A stretch of 64,000 nt of DNA from Octopus vulgaris (lineage: Eukaryota): the NCBI GenBank assembly GCA_951406725.2, contig OX597814.1, forward strand, positions 220,534,001 through 220,598,000. Reading direction: 5' to 3'. Made by a program: the position numbers and the translations under genes. Shown one piece after another: positions 37,635-51,169 of this stretch. The stretch's first letter is position 1; each line of letters begins with the position of its first letter. Under the pieces are notes generated by a model. The model saw only the letters and a program-made list of their open reading frames with translations, was not told the DNA's origin and did not search any database.

Positions 37635-38244
37635 CACTTTAGTTTATCAGAGGAAACCATTTCTATTGTCAATTTAATCTCTACAGATTGCAGCATATGG
37701 ACAGACTGGATTGAGTTGCTGTAGTTAAGAAAACATACAGATAAGTTTTTGAGGGAAAATATGAGTAAAAAGAGTAACTTGAAGTCATTCATGTAAAATG
37801 AAATTATAATAAAAACTAAATCTTAAGACATATCATGGCAAGGTGTTAAGTTTATTTCTACAATTTATGCTTAAAGAAATTAATAATATATCATTATCGC
37901 ATTTTGGGCTATATACTTTGCTTTTAAAAGTAACGTATTTTTTTCTAGATGCATCTGGAATAATATTGCATGTGTAGCAGAGTTTATATGAAGTTGGTTC
38001 CAACAGCACAAGAAATATAGCGACGTTTAATGGAAACTTAAGAAAGAAGAAGAGAGAAAAAAAAAGAACTAATATTTTTAGAATAGACAAAAACTTGCAA
38101 TGATTTCTAACTTGCAACAAAGAAAAGTGACTAATTATTAGAAGAGGAAGCTACAATAGCCAAAAAGAAAAAGTACCAGCCTCTTGCCTAAAGAATCAAC
38201 AGTTTGAGTCTCTCAACATTCTTAATTACCTGACTTAATTACCA

Positions 38245-38654
38245 TACTCTTTTACTCTTTTACTTGTTTCAGTCATTTGACTGCAGCCATGCTGGAGCAC
38301 CGCCTTTAGTCGAGCAAATCGACCCCGGGACTTATTCTTTGTAAGCCCAGTACTTATTCTATCGGTCTCTTTTGCCGAACTGCTAAGTGACGGGGACGTA
38401 AACACACCAGCATCGGTTGTCAAGCAATGCTAGGGGGACAAACACAGACACACAAACACACACACATACATATATATATATACATATATATGACAGGCTT
38501 CTTTCAGTTTCCGTCTACCAAATCCACTCACAAGGCATTGGTCGGCCCGGGGCTATAGCAGAAGATACTTGCCCAAGGTGCCACGCAGTGGGACTGAACC
38601 GGGAACCATGTGGTTGGTTAGCAAGCTACTTACCACACAGCCACTCCTGCGCCT
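38245..38654 (-). mobile_element. SINE family B, young full-length copy
   Basis: Complete head aggcgcaggagtggctgtgtggtaag through the (taaaagag)n tail. Confidence 0.95.
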
Positions 38655-39461
38655 ATACTGGTTAAGAAGAGATACAAAATGTTATCACAGTGAAATCATC
38701 ATCATTGCCCATCTAACTGGAAAGTTTAGTAATCAACTGTGCTAAAGTCAAATCCTCTCATAACATAATATATAATATTTACAAAATCTTTTCTCATCAC
38801 TCTATGTCCTGTACTTGATAATTCTTAGAGCTTAGATCCTGTGGCAATCAGTGAAGTCTTTCATTCTTTCCAGACCTCATGCAATACATTCCAGTAATTC
38901 CAATAACAGTCAAATTTGGATACTATTGATAGTAAATAATTAACAGTAAAGGAGTGGTATTTTGGTGTTATTTATAGTAAGTTAAACCTTGTGTTTTGTA
39001 GAAAACCAATCTTAAAATTAAAGTCAATGCTTTTGAAGGAAGGTGTATGTGGTTGGAATCGATTAAGTTTATTAATCACTATCAAGCCAGAATGGCTTCA
39101 ATTGGTAAATGACAATATTGCACTACAGAAAATATAGTCTTGAATGATATGAGTTGCTCCTTTCAGTTGTATCCCTAATGTCCTGATAAATTTATAAGAG
39201 TGATATTTACCATCAAACAAATAATCTTGTCCAAATGTCATACATTCTCTTCATGCATAAAATACTGGAACATTTGTTCTAATGGTAGCATCCTAGAAGT
39301 TTAGATGCTCCAAGCCAGTATTGTCTTGGTTAAATACAAAGCTAGTTTCAACTTCAAATAACAAGTTAGAACTGAACCTGAGCAGTGTTGACTAAATGAA
39401 GTATGATGCTCCTGTCTACTAAATTGGGAATTTATTCAGAAATACTTTACTTACTTTACTT

Positions 39462-39620
39462 AGGCGCAGGAGTGGCTGTGTGGTAAGTAGCTTGCTTACC
39501 AACCACATGGTTCTGGATTCCTTCCCACTGCGTGACACTTTGGGCAAGTGTCTTCTACTATGACCTAGAGCCGACCAAAGCCTTGTGAGTGGATTTGGTA
39601 GATGGAAACTAAAAGAAGCT

Positions 39621-39661
<41 letters not shown>

Positions 39662-39882
39662 TATATGTGTGTATATGTTTGTGCATCTCTGATTGTCCCC
39701 CCATCATTGCTTGACAACCGATGCTGGTATATTTACGTCCCCCGTAACTTAGCGGTTCGGCAAAAGAGACCGATAGAATAAGTACTACGCTTTCCAAAAA
39801 TAAGTCCTGGGGTCGATTTGCTCAACTAAGGGCAGTGCTCCAGCATGGCTGCAGTCAAATGACTGAAACGAGTAAAAGAGAG
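39462..39882 (+). mobile_element. SINE family B, second subfamily
   Basis: Full length; diagnostic gcttacc, ccaaagcc and cgtaactt differ from the 36654/38245/40652/52671 copies. Confidence 0.95.
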
Positions 39883-39916
39883 AAAATAATGATTTCCAAC
39901 TTAATAATACCCTGAT

Positions 39917-40125
39917 TTAACCGTTTAGCATTGAAATTATCCTCTCAAATGTAATTCTTATTTCTTTACATTATCTTCAGTTGATCCGGCATTATCTTGT
40001 AGCCTTCACATTTTACTGGTGTGATTGCTTATTTTTAGAATGACATTGTAAGGTAGGTGTGAGAGGCTCAATATAGCCAGTTTGAACATAAAGCAGGAAG
40101 AATATTTTGGTCTGATATGGCTGGG
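39917..40125. mobile_element. piggyBac-type MITE (copy 3, right end lost)
   Basis: TTAA|ccgtttagcatt; homologous to 2935-3158. Confidence 0.7.
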
Positions 40126-40651
40126 TCAATGATATCTTTCACAAAAATTATAAAAACTAAAACTTGATAGTTAATTACAAAAAATAGATGCTAAACATTC
40201 ATAATGATTTCATTAAGAAATTTAACACCAATGTGCCTTCATGATGCATGTGTGAGTATTCAAATATTCAATTAGTTTGCATTACACTTTCGTTATAAAA
40301 TGCATGAATTGATTCACACACTTTCAAAAAATTTGGAGAAGATCTAAGAATGAAAATTATTGTTTATTGCCTCACTTTCAAAGGACTCAACAAAATCTTT
40401 TTCAAAATAGTAATTGAGATTTCCAAGTCTCAAGATTCAAATTTCAAGAAAAAACTTGCAGCTGGTCAACATTTATAAAGGAGAGTTAACAACTATAATG
40501 GAAACAATGAACATTCGACATACTTACAAAGAAAAGAAAAAAGAAAAAAAGACTCCTTCCACACAATTTGAACCAAATACAAGCTGCAACACCATATCAA
40601 ATGACAAATCTAAAGTGTGCAGCAGACAAACATCAAGGGAGTGTAAAATTA

Positions 40652-41068
40652 TACTCTTTTACTCTTTTACTTGTTTCAGTCATTTGACTGTGGCCATGCT
40701 GGAGCACCGCCTTTAATCGAGCAACTCGACCCCGGGACTTATTCTTTGTGAGCCCAGTACTTATTCTATCGGTCTCTTTTGCCGAACCGCTAAGTGACGG
40801 GGACGTAAACACACCAGCATCGGTTGTCAAGCAATGCTAGGGGGACAAACACAGACACACAAACATATACACACACACACACTTATATATATACACATAT
40901 ATACGACAGGCTTCTTTCAGTTTCCGTCTACCAAATCCATTCACAAGGCATTGGTCGGCCCGAGGCTATAGCAGAAGACACTTGCCCAAGATGCCATGCA
41001 GTTGGGACTGAACCCAGAACCATGTGGTTGGTTAGCAAGCTACTTACCACACAGCCACTCGTGCGCCT
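40652..41068 (-). mobile_element. SINE family B, young full-length copy
   Basis: Near-identical to 38245-38654. Confidence 0.95.
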
Positions 41069-42675
41069 ATAGAGACATTTGATAACTTATTATTTGTAAA
41101 TGATTTATTTGTTCAAATCACTGGTTATGCCTTAATTTGTAGTTTCATTATTCCTTATTTAACACATAAAACGAAAAAAAAGATACATGAGTCAACTCTC
41201 AACAACAGATAGATAGTTAACGAACTTGATAACATTATTTATATATTAACTAACCTCTTACTCAATGCTCTCTCATGATTGGAACCAAATGAATCATTAA
41301 GTAGAGATTATTCCTATATCTATGATACATATGTCAAATTACATCCATCAGGAAAAAATGTATTTGTTTACAAAATGGCTTTCTATCTAACTAGAACATT
41401 ATCATGATGAATGAATTAGCAAAATTGCTCAGCATGTTGTTAGCAAAATTTTGCAATTTAGCTTCCTGTATTTCTGAAATTCATATCATAACTAAAATGG
41501 CTTCAGATGTCACCACTTTATTTAATGATACATTTATTTTTTAATTTTTTTGCTAATTTATTTCAATTGAGGAAGATCAGTGGACAAAGACTGTGGAATA
41601 AAGATAACAAGGTGATATTATTAGAATTCAAAATAAATATCGATAAAATATTATCTACAGACACACCATTTACTGTTTGAGACAGATATAACGTTGTGTG
41701 GAGAACTTGGCTGTATAGTTAAATATTTATGTATCTATACTGTTTATTTCTCCCATATGAGTCTACAATAAATATTTGTGTCCTCGTCAGTAGATGTTTC
41801 ACATCATGCTAGTATTAGTGTAGAAATGAATATATGACCACCATTTACTCTAACTGGATAGCTATGCCAAACTTCATTTACTCTAACTTTAAGATATGAC
41901 AACCAATAATGCCAACAGTTTGCATTATAATTTCATCCTTTATCGCTAGTCAAAAGCTAAACTACTGCCTCTATTAAATAACAGTACTGACATCACCAAC
42001 AAAATAAACCTTATATTTGGAATTTGACAACATGATACTAGTACTAAGCTGATTTTAAACTCCACAGGCAAAAAAAAAATGTTTACATATATTTTTTTTT
42101 AATTTAACAGGATTTTATCATAGAGAATGTTCATGCCAGTATATATTTTGAAGAACTTTATACAAAAAAACAGATAAAATTCTACAGAAAAGTAAAATAA
42201 ATTAAAGAAAGGAAATACCATAACATATACGAAAGAATTTGAAGAGAATGAATGTGAAATGAATATACCACATTTTTATGTAGCATATGACATTTTCAAT
42301 ATTTATTTCAGGAGGGAAAAGGAAATTAATAGATGCAAAATGAAAAGTAAAAAACACTGCTTGTTATATTGTCATAATATGTGTGTATAAAAAAACACAA
42401 CACAGCAATGTGATGTAAGCCATGCATGAATATGTATGTTCATATATATGCATATATATATATATATATGTCAACATACTTGTGTCTATAAAAGTACAGA
42501 CATGCACACATGAACATATATATACAATGTATACACATGCATGCATATAATACAAACATACATGCATACACATAAGTGTGTGTGTGTGTGTATATACATA
42601 AGACAGATACATATGTGTATACATTTATGTAGGTACATGTATACTGGAAGTATACATAATCTAGACATGCACAGA

Positions 42676-42720
<45 letters not shown>

Positions 42721-42748
42721 GCATCACTATACATGCATATATATGCAT

Positions 42749-43107
42749 ATTCTTTTTGTGTTCTTTTTATTGCTTCAGTCATTTGACTGTGGCCATACTA
42801 GAGCACCGTCTTTAGTCAAACAAATTGACCCCAGGACTTATTCTTTGTAAGCCTAGTACTTATCCTATCAGTCTCTTTTACTGAACCGTTGAGTTATGGT
42901 AAACACACCAGCATTGGTTGTCAAGTGATGGGAGCAATCACAGACACACAAACATATATACATATACAATGGGCTTCTTTCAGTTTCTACCAAATCCACT
43001 CACAAGGCTTTGGTCAGCCCGAAGTTATAGTAGAAGACACTTGGCCAAAGTGCCACACAGTGGGACTGAACCTGGAAGCTTCTTATCACACAGCCACACC
43101 TGCGCCT
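42749..43107 (-). mobile_element. SINE family B
   Basis: Homologous to the other copies, with small deletions. Confidence 0.9.
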
Positions 43108-43554
43108 ATCATCATCATCATTTAACGTCCGCTTTCCATGGGTTGGACTTTTATTTATGTATATATATACATACACACGCACATATGTAAACATACACAA
43201 AAACATACATGCATACATACATAACTATACATGTACACACACCATCTTTTAATGTACTGTTATCCATACTGGCACAGGTTGAATGGTTTGACAGAATTTG
43301 TCATGTCAGAGGACCATATCATGCTCCAATGTCTACATTAGCAAGGTTCCTATGACTTGATGCCCTTCCTTTACAGAGTGACCTGGGTGCTTTTCTGAAA
43401 TACCAGTACTAGTGAGGTCCTTACATAGCTTACAAGACTAAGATCACCATCAGCTGAATGGGACAACAGTAGAGAGGAAGGTGATTTTATGCTAGGAGAT
43501 GAGATTGAACTTATGAAAGAAAGGACTGAAATCTTTCTCTCTCAGAGTGAAAGG

Positions 43555-44205
43555 GAGATTGAATGAAGCTTAGTGAGATACACACCCTGAAAGTAGAGAT
43601 CTGGCAAAGACTGAAAAGAAATGAAGTGAGCATGCTTCATGGGGTACACAATGTCTGTGTGCATGGATGACAAAGTGTGCTGTTCTGAATGAATGAGAGC
43701 TGAACTACATATTTCACCCTCTTTTACGGTGGCACGTAAAAAGCACTATCCGAATCATGGCCGATGCCAGTGCCGCCTTGACTGGCTTCCGTGTCGGTGG
43801 CACGTAAAATGCACCAATCCGATCATGGCCGATGCCAGCCTCGCCTGGCACCAGTGCAGGTGGCACGTAAAAAGCACCCATTACACTCTTGGAGTGGTTG
43901 GCATTAGGAAGGGCATCCAGCTGTAGAAACATAGCCAGATAAGACCGGAGCCTGGTGCAGCCTTCTGGCTTCCCAGATCCCCGGTCGAACCGTCCAACCC
44001 ATGCTAGCATGGAGAACGGACGTTAAACGATGATGATGATGAATGAGGATAACGATACAAAGAAGTGATAATCTCTTAATGTAAATAGAGCTAGTGGAAG
44101 AGGGAGACCCAGGAAGGAATAGGATCTCTGGAATTTGAACCCCACAAAGAAGATGACAAAAGACATGCATGATTGGTGATATATGATGTTTGAGAAAACC
44201 TGCCC
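43555..44205 (+). pseudogene. RTE RT C-terminal remnant split by a family C insertion
   Basis: QRLKRNEVSMLHGVHNVCVHG*QS before the insertion; MNEDNDTKK*.SLNVNRASGRGRPRKE* after it. Confidence 0.65.
43726..44042 (+). mobile_element. Family C, young 5'-truncated copy with 3 internal units
   Basis: ggtggcacgtaaaa x3, ggcattaggaagggcatccagctgtagaaa, ggacgttaaacgatgatgatgat. Confidence 0.9.
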
Positions 44206-45289
44206 TTCTGGGTGAAACTGAGGTAATGGAAACAATATACACAGTTTACCCACTCAATTTCCTTGTGAAACCTTCTCTTCACATCTCTCATTTTCCTGTC
44301 ACTGATCCCTGAATCACTTAACTGCTATATTCTTCTGTTCAAAATGAATGAGAGATGAACTACATATTTCATCCTCTTTTCTGTGATACCAGTTATCTTT
44401 CTCACTTCCTGGAACTATTTCACTTGACATGCATTCTTCATCCTCAACAGTGTCCCTACCAAGTCCTATTTTACATTGATCATTCTTATGGGCTTCCAAA
44501 TTACCTCTGTCTCTCCACTGAACCACTCCCTGTTGACTTGCCTCTATCACCACACATCTCTCACTTTCTCCACACACAATCTCTGTCTTTACCCCCCACA
44601 CTCTTCCAACCTACCCTCCCCACACATCAGTTCCTGTTCCTTCATCCTTCCTCTGTCTACTGCATTATTATTATTACCATCATCATCATCATCATTATTA
44701 TTATTAATATTATTCCAGTGCTTCTCACCTCTTTCTGTACTGCCAGTCATCACCTACTCTTACCTACCTGCCTTCCTATTCCTGTATTATTGATCCCACC
44801 CACCTACCCTTGTCCACTATACAGTACATTGACCTTTCAACCCTAACTACTCTCTCCTACCACCCCTCAACTCTTGTTCATCATTCATTATAGTTGAGCC
44901 CTATCTCGACCTCATCTCTAACCATCCCTTATTCATCCTACGTACACATGCAACCCTTCATGCACTTCTGTCCTTACTCATTCCTATTCACTTTCTTGTA
45001 TTTTGGGGGCCCACTCAGCTAAGGTGTCAGAGAAGAGCTGTGAGGTTCAAGATATGTAGTATTATATTTCTGTAATGCAACATATAAAGCATGCCATGTG
45101 TTCAATTATAGTTAGAAAGATCTATAGAAATGGAATGATTAAATTAACTAGTGTACACATAAAGAAAAAGAATTTATGTGTATGCGTGTGTGTGTGTGTG
45201 TATACACCTAAATATATGCATACACGTATATACACACACACATATAAACATATATATATATACACACACATACATATAAATATACATGT

Positions 45290-45495
45290 AGAGTTAATCC
45301 AAACAAGAAAACACAAAAAACACAACAACGCGAGGACGTGGAACAAATATAGTATTATTGGACGCTCAGGAAAGAAGGGAAGAAGGAGGGTTTAACGTTT
45401 CAAGCGGAGCTCTTTGTTGGAAACATAGGAGAAGGAAAGATCCAGAGAAGGGAAGACAGAGGGAAAAAAAATCGCCAACGGTACACGCAGTCACA
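45290..45495 (-). mobile_element. Penelope-like terminal repeat / retrozyme-like element containing a decayed minimal hammerhead ribozyme
   Basis: Minus strand 45426-45390: gttt-ccAacAa-agagc-tcc-gctT-gaaa-cgtta-aac. The element sits between TA/CA microsatellites. Confidence 0.6.
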
Positions 45496-45886
45496 CACAC
45501 ACATACACACACATATTTCAAATAATCCTTTCACTTGATTGTTCTCATAAACACAAGAAATACAAATGAGGCTTTTCCATGAGCCAACTGACCACACAAA
45601 AGTTACTTTGAGGATATGATGATCTTCCACCCTAACCACATGACGACTGCATTGTAATTAGTACTGAAGTACTGGAGACTCTATACTGGTAGACACACTG
45701 TGTTCAAACACTTCAAAGTCACTTACATATCTGCCATTGGATACCCAGTACATGGCTCAGTTACTATTGACGAAATCAATCCACCCAATCTGTGTAAGTG
45801 TGTGTATATATAAAAACTCATTCTTTATGCATTCATATACATTATTCATGCTTATGAACAAATGTGTGCTTACACACACACACATG

Positions 45887-45932
<46 letters not shown>

Positions 45933-46329
45933 TTATATGTACTTATATAATGTGTGTAAATATAAATGTTATAAACATACTTTTACGCAGAATGGATAGG
46001 AATATTACACCAATTACTCAACCTCCAGTTTTCCTATAATTTATCTTTTTTTCTTTTCAAAACTTTTCCTATTACATAAAATCTATAAGAAAAATAAACC
46101 AGTGGAAAAAAAACAGACAATGGTTTTGGAAAATGGGAAATATCTTTAAATGTTTTCCTTTTCTTACTCAATCTTGCCGTCTAACAGAACTTCAGGCATA
46201 TGGTAAAATTTAGCAGCTGTTTTTAACCAAAACAAATGACAAATTCAAATAAGTGGGAGTGTAGGAAAGACGATGGAAGGGCTATCAAATCGTATGGGAA
46301 TAAAAAAATGAGTGAAATTTATATGTAAA

Positions 46330-46728
46330 CTAGCAGTATTGCCCGGCGTTGCTCGGGTTTGTAAGGGAAATAACTATATAAGCCTTTTTAGAGATGTAAA
46401 GTATAATAGCCATCTCAATATGGCTAACCACAAAGGGGGGGGGGTATTACTGTAGCGTTTTACGTTCTGAGATTTAATAATAAATTTTTAGAGAGTTACT
46501 TCCCTTATATATGCCAAAAATGCATTAAAAATGGGAAAAATTGATGGTAAATTTTTTTTAAAATCGTAGACTCATCATAGACGTGCGCTAATACCCAGAA
46601 GGGCTCGATATGAATCACGACTATAAGATACCCAGTTTTGGTTAAACTGCACCACAAAATGTGGGAGTAGTTAGGAATCTAAATCTTAGGAGACAGACAG
46701 CACACAACTTGACTTTTATATATAAAGA
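46330..46728 (-). mobile_element. Complete non-autonomous Helitron
   Basis: Minus strand starts TC (46728-46727) and ends CTAG (46333-46330). Subterminal GC hairpin cccggcgttgctcggg. Inserted between A and T with no TSD. Confidence 0.9.
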
Positions 46729-49639
46729 TATGTTTATTATAATCAATTCTTTCTTTCTTTTTTAGATATCATGAGTTATTGTGCCATTGAAGTAAAAAGA
46801 ATTTGACTGCATGCAGGAAGGTTACATGTTCAAATATAATAAAACGGTAATGAGCTGAGTTGTGACGAGTATTTGGAATAATATTCAAGGAATTTCAGTT
46901 CTAAAAACTGTTTCTTATTATAATTAAATATCTAGAATTGCAGAACAATAAAAGCTTCACTAGAAAGGAATCTGTTGTTTTTTTTCTTTCTTCAGATTTT
47001 AAGGTGGTGCTCCAGCATGGCTGCAGTCAAATGACTGAAACAAGTAAAGAAAAAAGAATACAAAAAGGAAAACAAAAAATTGTTTTAGTCATTAGTTTGA
47101 CAAATATTGGTAGCACTCAGAGTTTTCTTAAATCCACATTAATTAGAGATAGAAATGTCATAGTTTGTAGTTAGTATGATTAATATTCAAACTGAAATAT
47201 TGCAAGTCAGAGTTGATGGAAAGGATGAGGAAAGATTTTACATTAAAATGTAGTTGTAAGAGGGAAAGGTGGAGGCAAACCTTTAAAATGGGATTTGAGT
47301 TAGGAGTGAAATGTAATAGAAATGAAAAGAGCAGAGGTTGTGATAGGTGATAGAGTCAGCAGTTTCAGAGTATCAGAAGCATGTTGTAGGCTAGTTGTTA
47401 GGGTGTGTTCTTCAGATGGTCTTGTCTATTAAAATGGCATCTTTTTCTTGTAGGAGTTCTAAACTAATGACTGTAGAAAAAAATATGGAAGAAAATAAGT
47501 GACATCATAACATCATACAGAGAGAAAAGCAAGTTTTGGTGGAAAGGAAGAAATAATAATAATAATAAAACAAACAGATAAAAGTATATATTAAAGAGTA
47601 AGAGAATAAAAATAAGAAATGACTGCACTTTCTTTGGTTTGCTTTTAATAGCAAAATCCAAGTCGACTGATTCAGTTATGCACAATGCAAAGTCTTAGAT
47701 ACATTATACTAGGAAAAAAAAAAAAAGAAACCTGGAGTGATGGATGGAATGCTTTTGATCATAGGTCTGCTCCATCAGAGAAGACTTGGGGCTAAACAAC
47801 AATAACAGCATTAAAACTACAACAAAATCCATCTGAATGTTGTAACGAGAGCACAGCAATAGATACAACATAAGTAAAATCTCAATTGCATCAAATGGTA
47901 GGATATCTTTTCCTTTGAGGGAAGAAAAAGACTTAATTTCTAAAGGAAACAGTAAAATTGTATCATCCATCACAATCCTGCAATCATTGCACACAACTTG
48001 GAGAGTTAATGGGCTGGAATGAATTAGTTTGACGATGCCAAGATACTTATAGTAACTAGCTTAACCTTAGTAAAGGTACTTATAGTAATAGCTTAACATT
48101 AGGACAAATCCTGATGATTAAAATGACTATGATTAAGTGAAAGTACTGAAAACACAAGATAATTTTTTTTATTCCCAGCTTCTTAATATATTGTTTCTTG
48201 CAGCCTCACAAATGAAGTCTAACTGGTCTCAATGAGAATATGTATCAAACCATTAAATTAAGCCTGTTCAAAGGATCATTTATTTTTCTCCTTAGTAAGT
48301 GATAAAGAATAATAAAAAAAATCAGAATACTGATCTTTAGCACATATGATAAAATGAGGCATAGTGATTAGAAAACAACCTTGGATAGCAGGATATAGGA
48401 GCAAAGGATGTAAAATGAAAACTTGAAGGGAAAATATCATTTACATTTGCTTAAATATTCAACTTATATTAAAAACATCTAAATCAAGAGCACCACCCAA
48501 CCATTATGAAAATAAAATAAACCAAAACAAAATTTAAATGATTAGCTTTCATTCATTGAAATCACAAATTATAGTTCATATTTCAGTTAGATATAACCTA
48601 GTTCCAGAGTTGACCAGTTTCTTAAATAAATAGATATATTTCTGTTTTTACCATAATTCTCAGACATTAGAGAACTGTTGGAATTTTTGGATTATTAGAA
48701 TTTTAGGTCAATATATGGCAAATATATCATATATCATGTAGTATCACACATTAATTTCTTATCCAATAGCTGTTTTCTTCCAGAAACTAAACTTCATAGG
48801 TTTCAACTTATATATCAGTAGTCAGTTAAATTCTCAAAATAGCCATGCATATGTTCAGCAACGGCATCTATTTTAATTTGTATAAGACGGATTAAGTTGT
48901 CATAGTAATGAAAGAATTTATCTCCAGTGATTTCATCAATAGTTAGACTGTTTACTAAGTCTGTCAATTTGTTATGGTTTTCACAAGGCTGTCATCATCT
49001 GTGTCAATGTACATTCTCCTCTCGCATCTCTTAGAAAGGCAAAATTTCATTAGAAACTATACAGCACTTTGAATTAAATTCTATCATACTATATATGTAC
49101 TACAACTTACAGTGCTAGAGAGTTCAACATTTCCATTAATCATTGCTTTCTTTTTTTTTTTTTTACTTTTTAAATTTTGTTTTTAGTTCCGTAGAAATAG
49201 TAATATAATGAAATTATGTCAGACTCATTTCATAGCTGTGTGATTAATTTTAACATGTGTATCAGGTTGTAAAATACTTACCTAACCAGTTAAATGTCAT
49301 TATCATTATTCTAACATTCATTTTATCTTGTTCGTAGGTTAGATTTAATCTACCATATAGCATATCACTATTATGGCTTCTCTTCTAGGATTCTCAAGAA
49401 AATTGGCTAATAATGTAATAAGTAATTCTCAGGATTGTATTCTATTTTCTAGGAATGTCCAACCATATTATTTAAAAACTAGTAATATATTGCAACACAG
49501 TCTTAAAATTTCTCAGGTGGTTCAACATTTAAAGATTATTCATAAAGACATTTTCTCATAAAAAAGTACAATTGAAATTGATGAATATGAATTTTCTTTA
49601 AGAGGAATTGATGAACAGAAGATAACCATTTCCATTGCT

Positions 49640-51120
49640 AAAGGAAACTGGAACTGTAGAAAAAATAGTATCCAAAACTGCTGCTATTGATGGGATTTTC
49701 TATGAATGCAATAGTTGAAAGTGCTTTTATGAGAAAAGCTCTTACGGGTAAAGGTTTGGTTTCAGCAGAAGAATGGTTCTTATTTTGGTGTAGGATGATA
49801 TGACATCAATATGATTTTAAAAAAAATTTGATCAGTGAAATAAAAGAGAAAAATTCTGGAAATTCAGTGTTTATTTAGATGAATATACATCACTGCATAC
49901 TTGCAGATATTTGAATGTAAGTGTTCACTTTTTAGTAAATTCTAGAATTTAAGAATAATCAGAATTTATGGAAATTATTTACCTGCTGAAGAAAAAATTA
50001 TTAAATTTTTAGAAATAAAGCTTTCTGAATGCAACATGGATTTGAGAGAAAAATGTAATTACATTCATAACTGAAAGAGCAAGTGTCTTAGTCAAAGTTG
50101 GTTAAGGATATTAACTGCAGACATCAATTGTGTTTCACAGATGAACTTCATTTGGTAGTTTGATGTTCTTCACAAGAAAACTTAATGAAATTATGATGAT
50201 ATTAATTTAACTAATGACCCTTGAAATGGCAACTATGAGGTTGAAGATATATTTGAGAATGAGGATCAAAGCATAAATTCTGAAAATATGATTGTGGTTA
50301 ATAATTATAGCCATCTGCTGCATATTGAAATAAGTTTCTATTGCAGAGAATTCCAATGAAGGAAACTCAAACATTAACAATATCATTAAAAAATAAGAAC
50401 AATAGCCTAATTGTCAATTCAATTCTTAGGTCTCCAACACATGTAAAAGAAATACTACAGAACATTGTTATGAATTGTAATTAATCAATGCTAAGACAGG
50501 ATGGAACAGTTTATTTCCAATGTTAAAACAACCCTTGTCCCTTAAAAGCTGCATTGTAAAAATTAGTGTTGGTATGAGCAACCTCTTGACTTTTCAGACA
50601 TTGAATTTTATGCTATTCCTGCTGTTGTATCAGCAAGGGAACCAATTAGAATTAAAAGTTTAAATAAAAATTAAAAACATTCAGTCAAAAGGCTGCCAAC
50701 TAGATCTCTGCAGAAAGCATATTTGTTTTCTCAAAGAATTGAATCAACAAAATACTCCAAAGTCATTCTTGCTGAGAAAAATCTGTCTAGAAAAGAACTA
50801 AACAATAAAGAACAAAAAGTTTTCATTAGCTTGATGAAGTATTTAAATAATTTTTTTCTTAATTTTTGATGCACTTAACTTCAATTTTGCCAGGAGAAAC
50901 TTCACAGCAAAATACCATGAAGAAACTGTGCAAAAGAAAGCTCATCGTCCTGTTAGAAGAATCTCCAGCTGTCCTTTTTAAATATCAGTTTGTGATAATT
51001 AAACCCCCCCCCCCCCCCATGCTATCAGAAGAAATGTCCCTATTAGAGAGATTAAATGTTGCCATTAATATGGTCACTGCAAACAATCAAGAGAACACCC
51101 AATCATCTACTCCCAAGACT
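49640..51120 (+). pseudogene. hAT-superfamily transposase fossil (hATm-like)
   Basis: FSVYLDEYTSLHTCRYLNVSVHF (49863), ITERASVLVKVG (TDGAS equivalent), QLCFTDELHLVV (50125; CxxH equivalent), KTGWNSLFPML (50493; TRWNS). Many frameshifts. Confidence 0.85.
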
Positions 51121-51169
51121 TGATCCTTAAGGTTGAAACCTCTAGAACTACTCCTTTGCAGCGCATCTT

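Noticed and set aside
38235-41072. Recurrent near-identical ORFs (MSSNARGTNTDTQ..., MTTDAGVFTSP...) that look like a gene family
   Set aside because: They are reading frames through SINE family B copies.
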